Below, piece after piece: positions 63,281 to 64,000 of a stretch of 64,000 nucleotides of DNA. The number at the start of each line of letters is the position of its first letter. The stretch's first letter is position 1. The notes under the pieces are model-generated. The model was not told where the DNA came from, did no database searches, and worked only from the letters and a program-made list of their open reading frames with translations. The DNA is from a virus. Taxonomy: Duplodnaviria; Caudoviricetes. Position numbers and translations under genes: made by a program. The DNA is taken from the IMG/VR virus record IMGVR_UViG_3300013126_000029, positions 572-64,571 of that record, one strand, 5' to 3'.

Positions 63281-63607
63281 TCAGGTCGTCGGCTGGTGCG
63301 CGGCCATCACGGGGTTGTACTTGGCCGTCCAGATCGCCTCCTCGGAGAACCAGAACGTGACGGCCTCGTCGCGGGGGATGTCGAGCATGTCGCTCGCCTC
63401 GAAAAGGGCCTGGGTCTGCCCCAGGCCGTTGCGGATGTTGGCGATGATGCGCCGGGCTTCCTTGGTCTGGTCGGCCGGCGAGTCGCCCGGCTTCCCGGCG
63501 CGGACGCGCAGGCACTCGGTCAGGTTGTGAAACCCGATCTGCACCGCGCGAAACCGCGCGCGGCGGACGAGTTGGTGTTCGTGCTGTCTCGTGTCGTGCT
63601 GCTGCAT
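63281..63607 (-). CDS. Hypothetical protein, first gene of the leftward operon
   Basis: Perfect AAGGAGGT RBS; lies behind a near-consensus promoter. Confidence 0.75.
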   Translation of the reverse strand: MQQHDTRQHEHQLVRRARFRAVQIGFHNLTECLRVRAGKPGDSPADQTKEARRIIANIRNGLGQTQALFEASDMLDIPRDEAVTFWFSEEAIWTAKYNPVMAAHQPTT

Positions 63608-63631
63608 GTGGTCTTACCTCCTTCGCCAGAG

Positions 63632-63660
63632 ACCCTAAAGCCGCCGTGCGGGGCCGTCAA
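63632..63660 (-). promoter_or_regulatory. Sigma70-type promoter TTGACG-N17-TAGGGT with upstream T-tract
   Basis: Near-consensus boxes, A/T tract at 63664-63671, RBS downstream. Confidence 0.65.
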
Positions 63661-63684
63661 GGCAAAAAAAATGCGCGCCGCGGG

Positions 63685-63713
63685 TTGACCGCGTTACGCC
63701 GAGACGACATCAT
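63685..63713 (+). promoter_or_regulatory. Divergent promoter TTGACC-N17-CATCAT
   Basis: -35 lies within CGCGG-GTTGA-CCGCG; ATG 7 nt after the -10 suggests a leaderless transcript. Confidence 0.45.
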
Positions 63714-63720
63714 GCCGCTC

Positions 63721-64000
63721 ATGATGCCTCCGTCATCGCCCAGGAGTTTCGGCTCGCTGGTCGGCAAGATCCTCGCCAGTCCGCTCGGCCAGCACCAGAC
63801 CTGGGTGCTCATCGCCCTGGCGAAGACCTGCGATCACCACTGGCGCTCTGACGCGCCCATGAAACGGGTGGCCTTCCTGGCGCGACTGAGCGTGAACTCG
63901 ACACGGGCCGCGCTGCTCGATCTGGTAAACGCCGGTGTCGTGCAGCGCGAGGAGCGTGACAATGCAGCTCATCGCCACTGGCTCGTCGTGGAACGTCTCG
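63721..64000 (+). CDS. Winged-helix DNA-binding protein (replication-initiator/regulator-like), truncated by the window
   Basis: Not in the ORF track. Open frame ...WVLIALAK...PMKRVAFLARLSVNSTRAALLDLVNAGVVQRE has an HTH_36-like pattern. Confidence 0.65.
   Translation, partial: MMPPSSPRSFGSLVGKILASPLGQHQTWVLIALAKTCDHHWRSDAPMKRVAFLARLSVNSTRAALLDLVNAGVVQREERDNAAHRHWLVVERL

Larger units (their letters stand above)
1..64000. mobile_element. Segment of a large contractile-tailed phage/prophage genome
   Basis: Contiguous terminase, portal, protease, capsid, neck, sheath, tube, tape-measure, lysis and recombination genes; no host housekeeping genes; no att site or integrase in the window. Confidence 0.95.

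Noticed and set aside
1-64000. tRNA/rRNA genes, integrase, att sites, transposases
   Set aside because: None recognised. Intergenic gaps are too short for most RNA genes. Free phage versus prophage cannot be decided from this window.

Overview
The whole window is a segment of a large, high-GC tailed phage or prophage with a contractile tail, and no host genes are recognisable. Almost all genes lie on the minus strand. Reading right to left: a divergent promoter region; an SbcCD/Rad50-Mre11 recombination module (56-63.6 kb); a plus-strand lysis cassette (amidase, two holin-like genes, a Zn-finger membrane protein; 53.6-55.9 kb); terS-terL-portal-MuF; a ~27 kb block of giant 'polyvalent' proteins (20.3-47.4 kb); then prohead protease, scaffold, major capsid, neck, sheath, tube, tail chaperone and two paralogous tape-measure-like proteins. 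The head/neck/tail genes resemble SPO1/A511/phage K (Herelleviridae-type) proteins by motif. The most notable feature is the block between MuF and the protease. Its proteins carry DarB-like MTase-helicase, a second SNF2 helicase with a ParB insertion, RelA/SpoT synthetase, PAPS-reductase-like, TGT-like, GNAT-like, ART-like and PPase-like domains. They share a recurring set of short motifs at domain boundaries: a putative protease site [G/A]xK|A, QLxLF-like motifs, HGGxLxxExRTDxxGRxxxRW and GPIANxPGL...SHRWxR. This suggests a modular, protease-processed, virion-packaged and injected effector system. All product calls come from motif recognition by eye; no database searches were run. Several start codons were re-chosen relative to the supplied ORF track.
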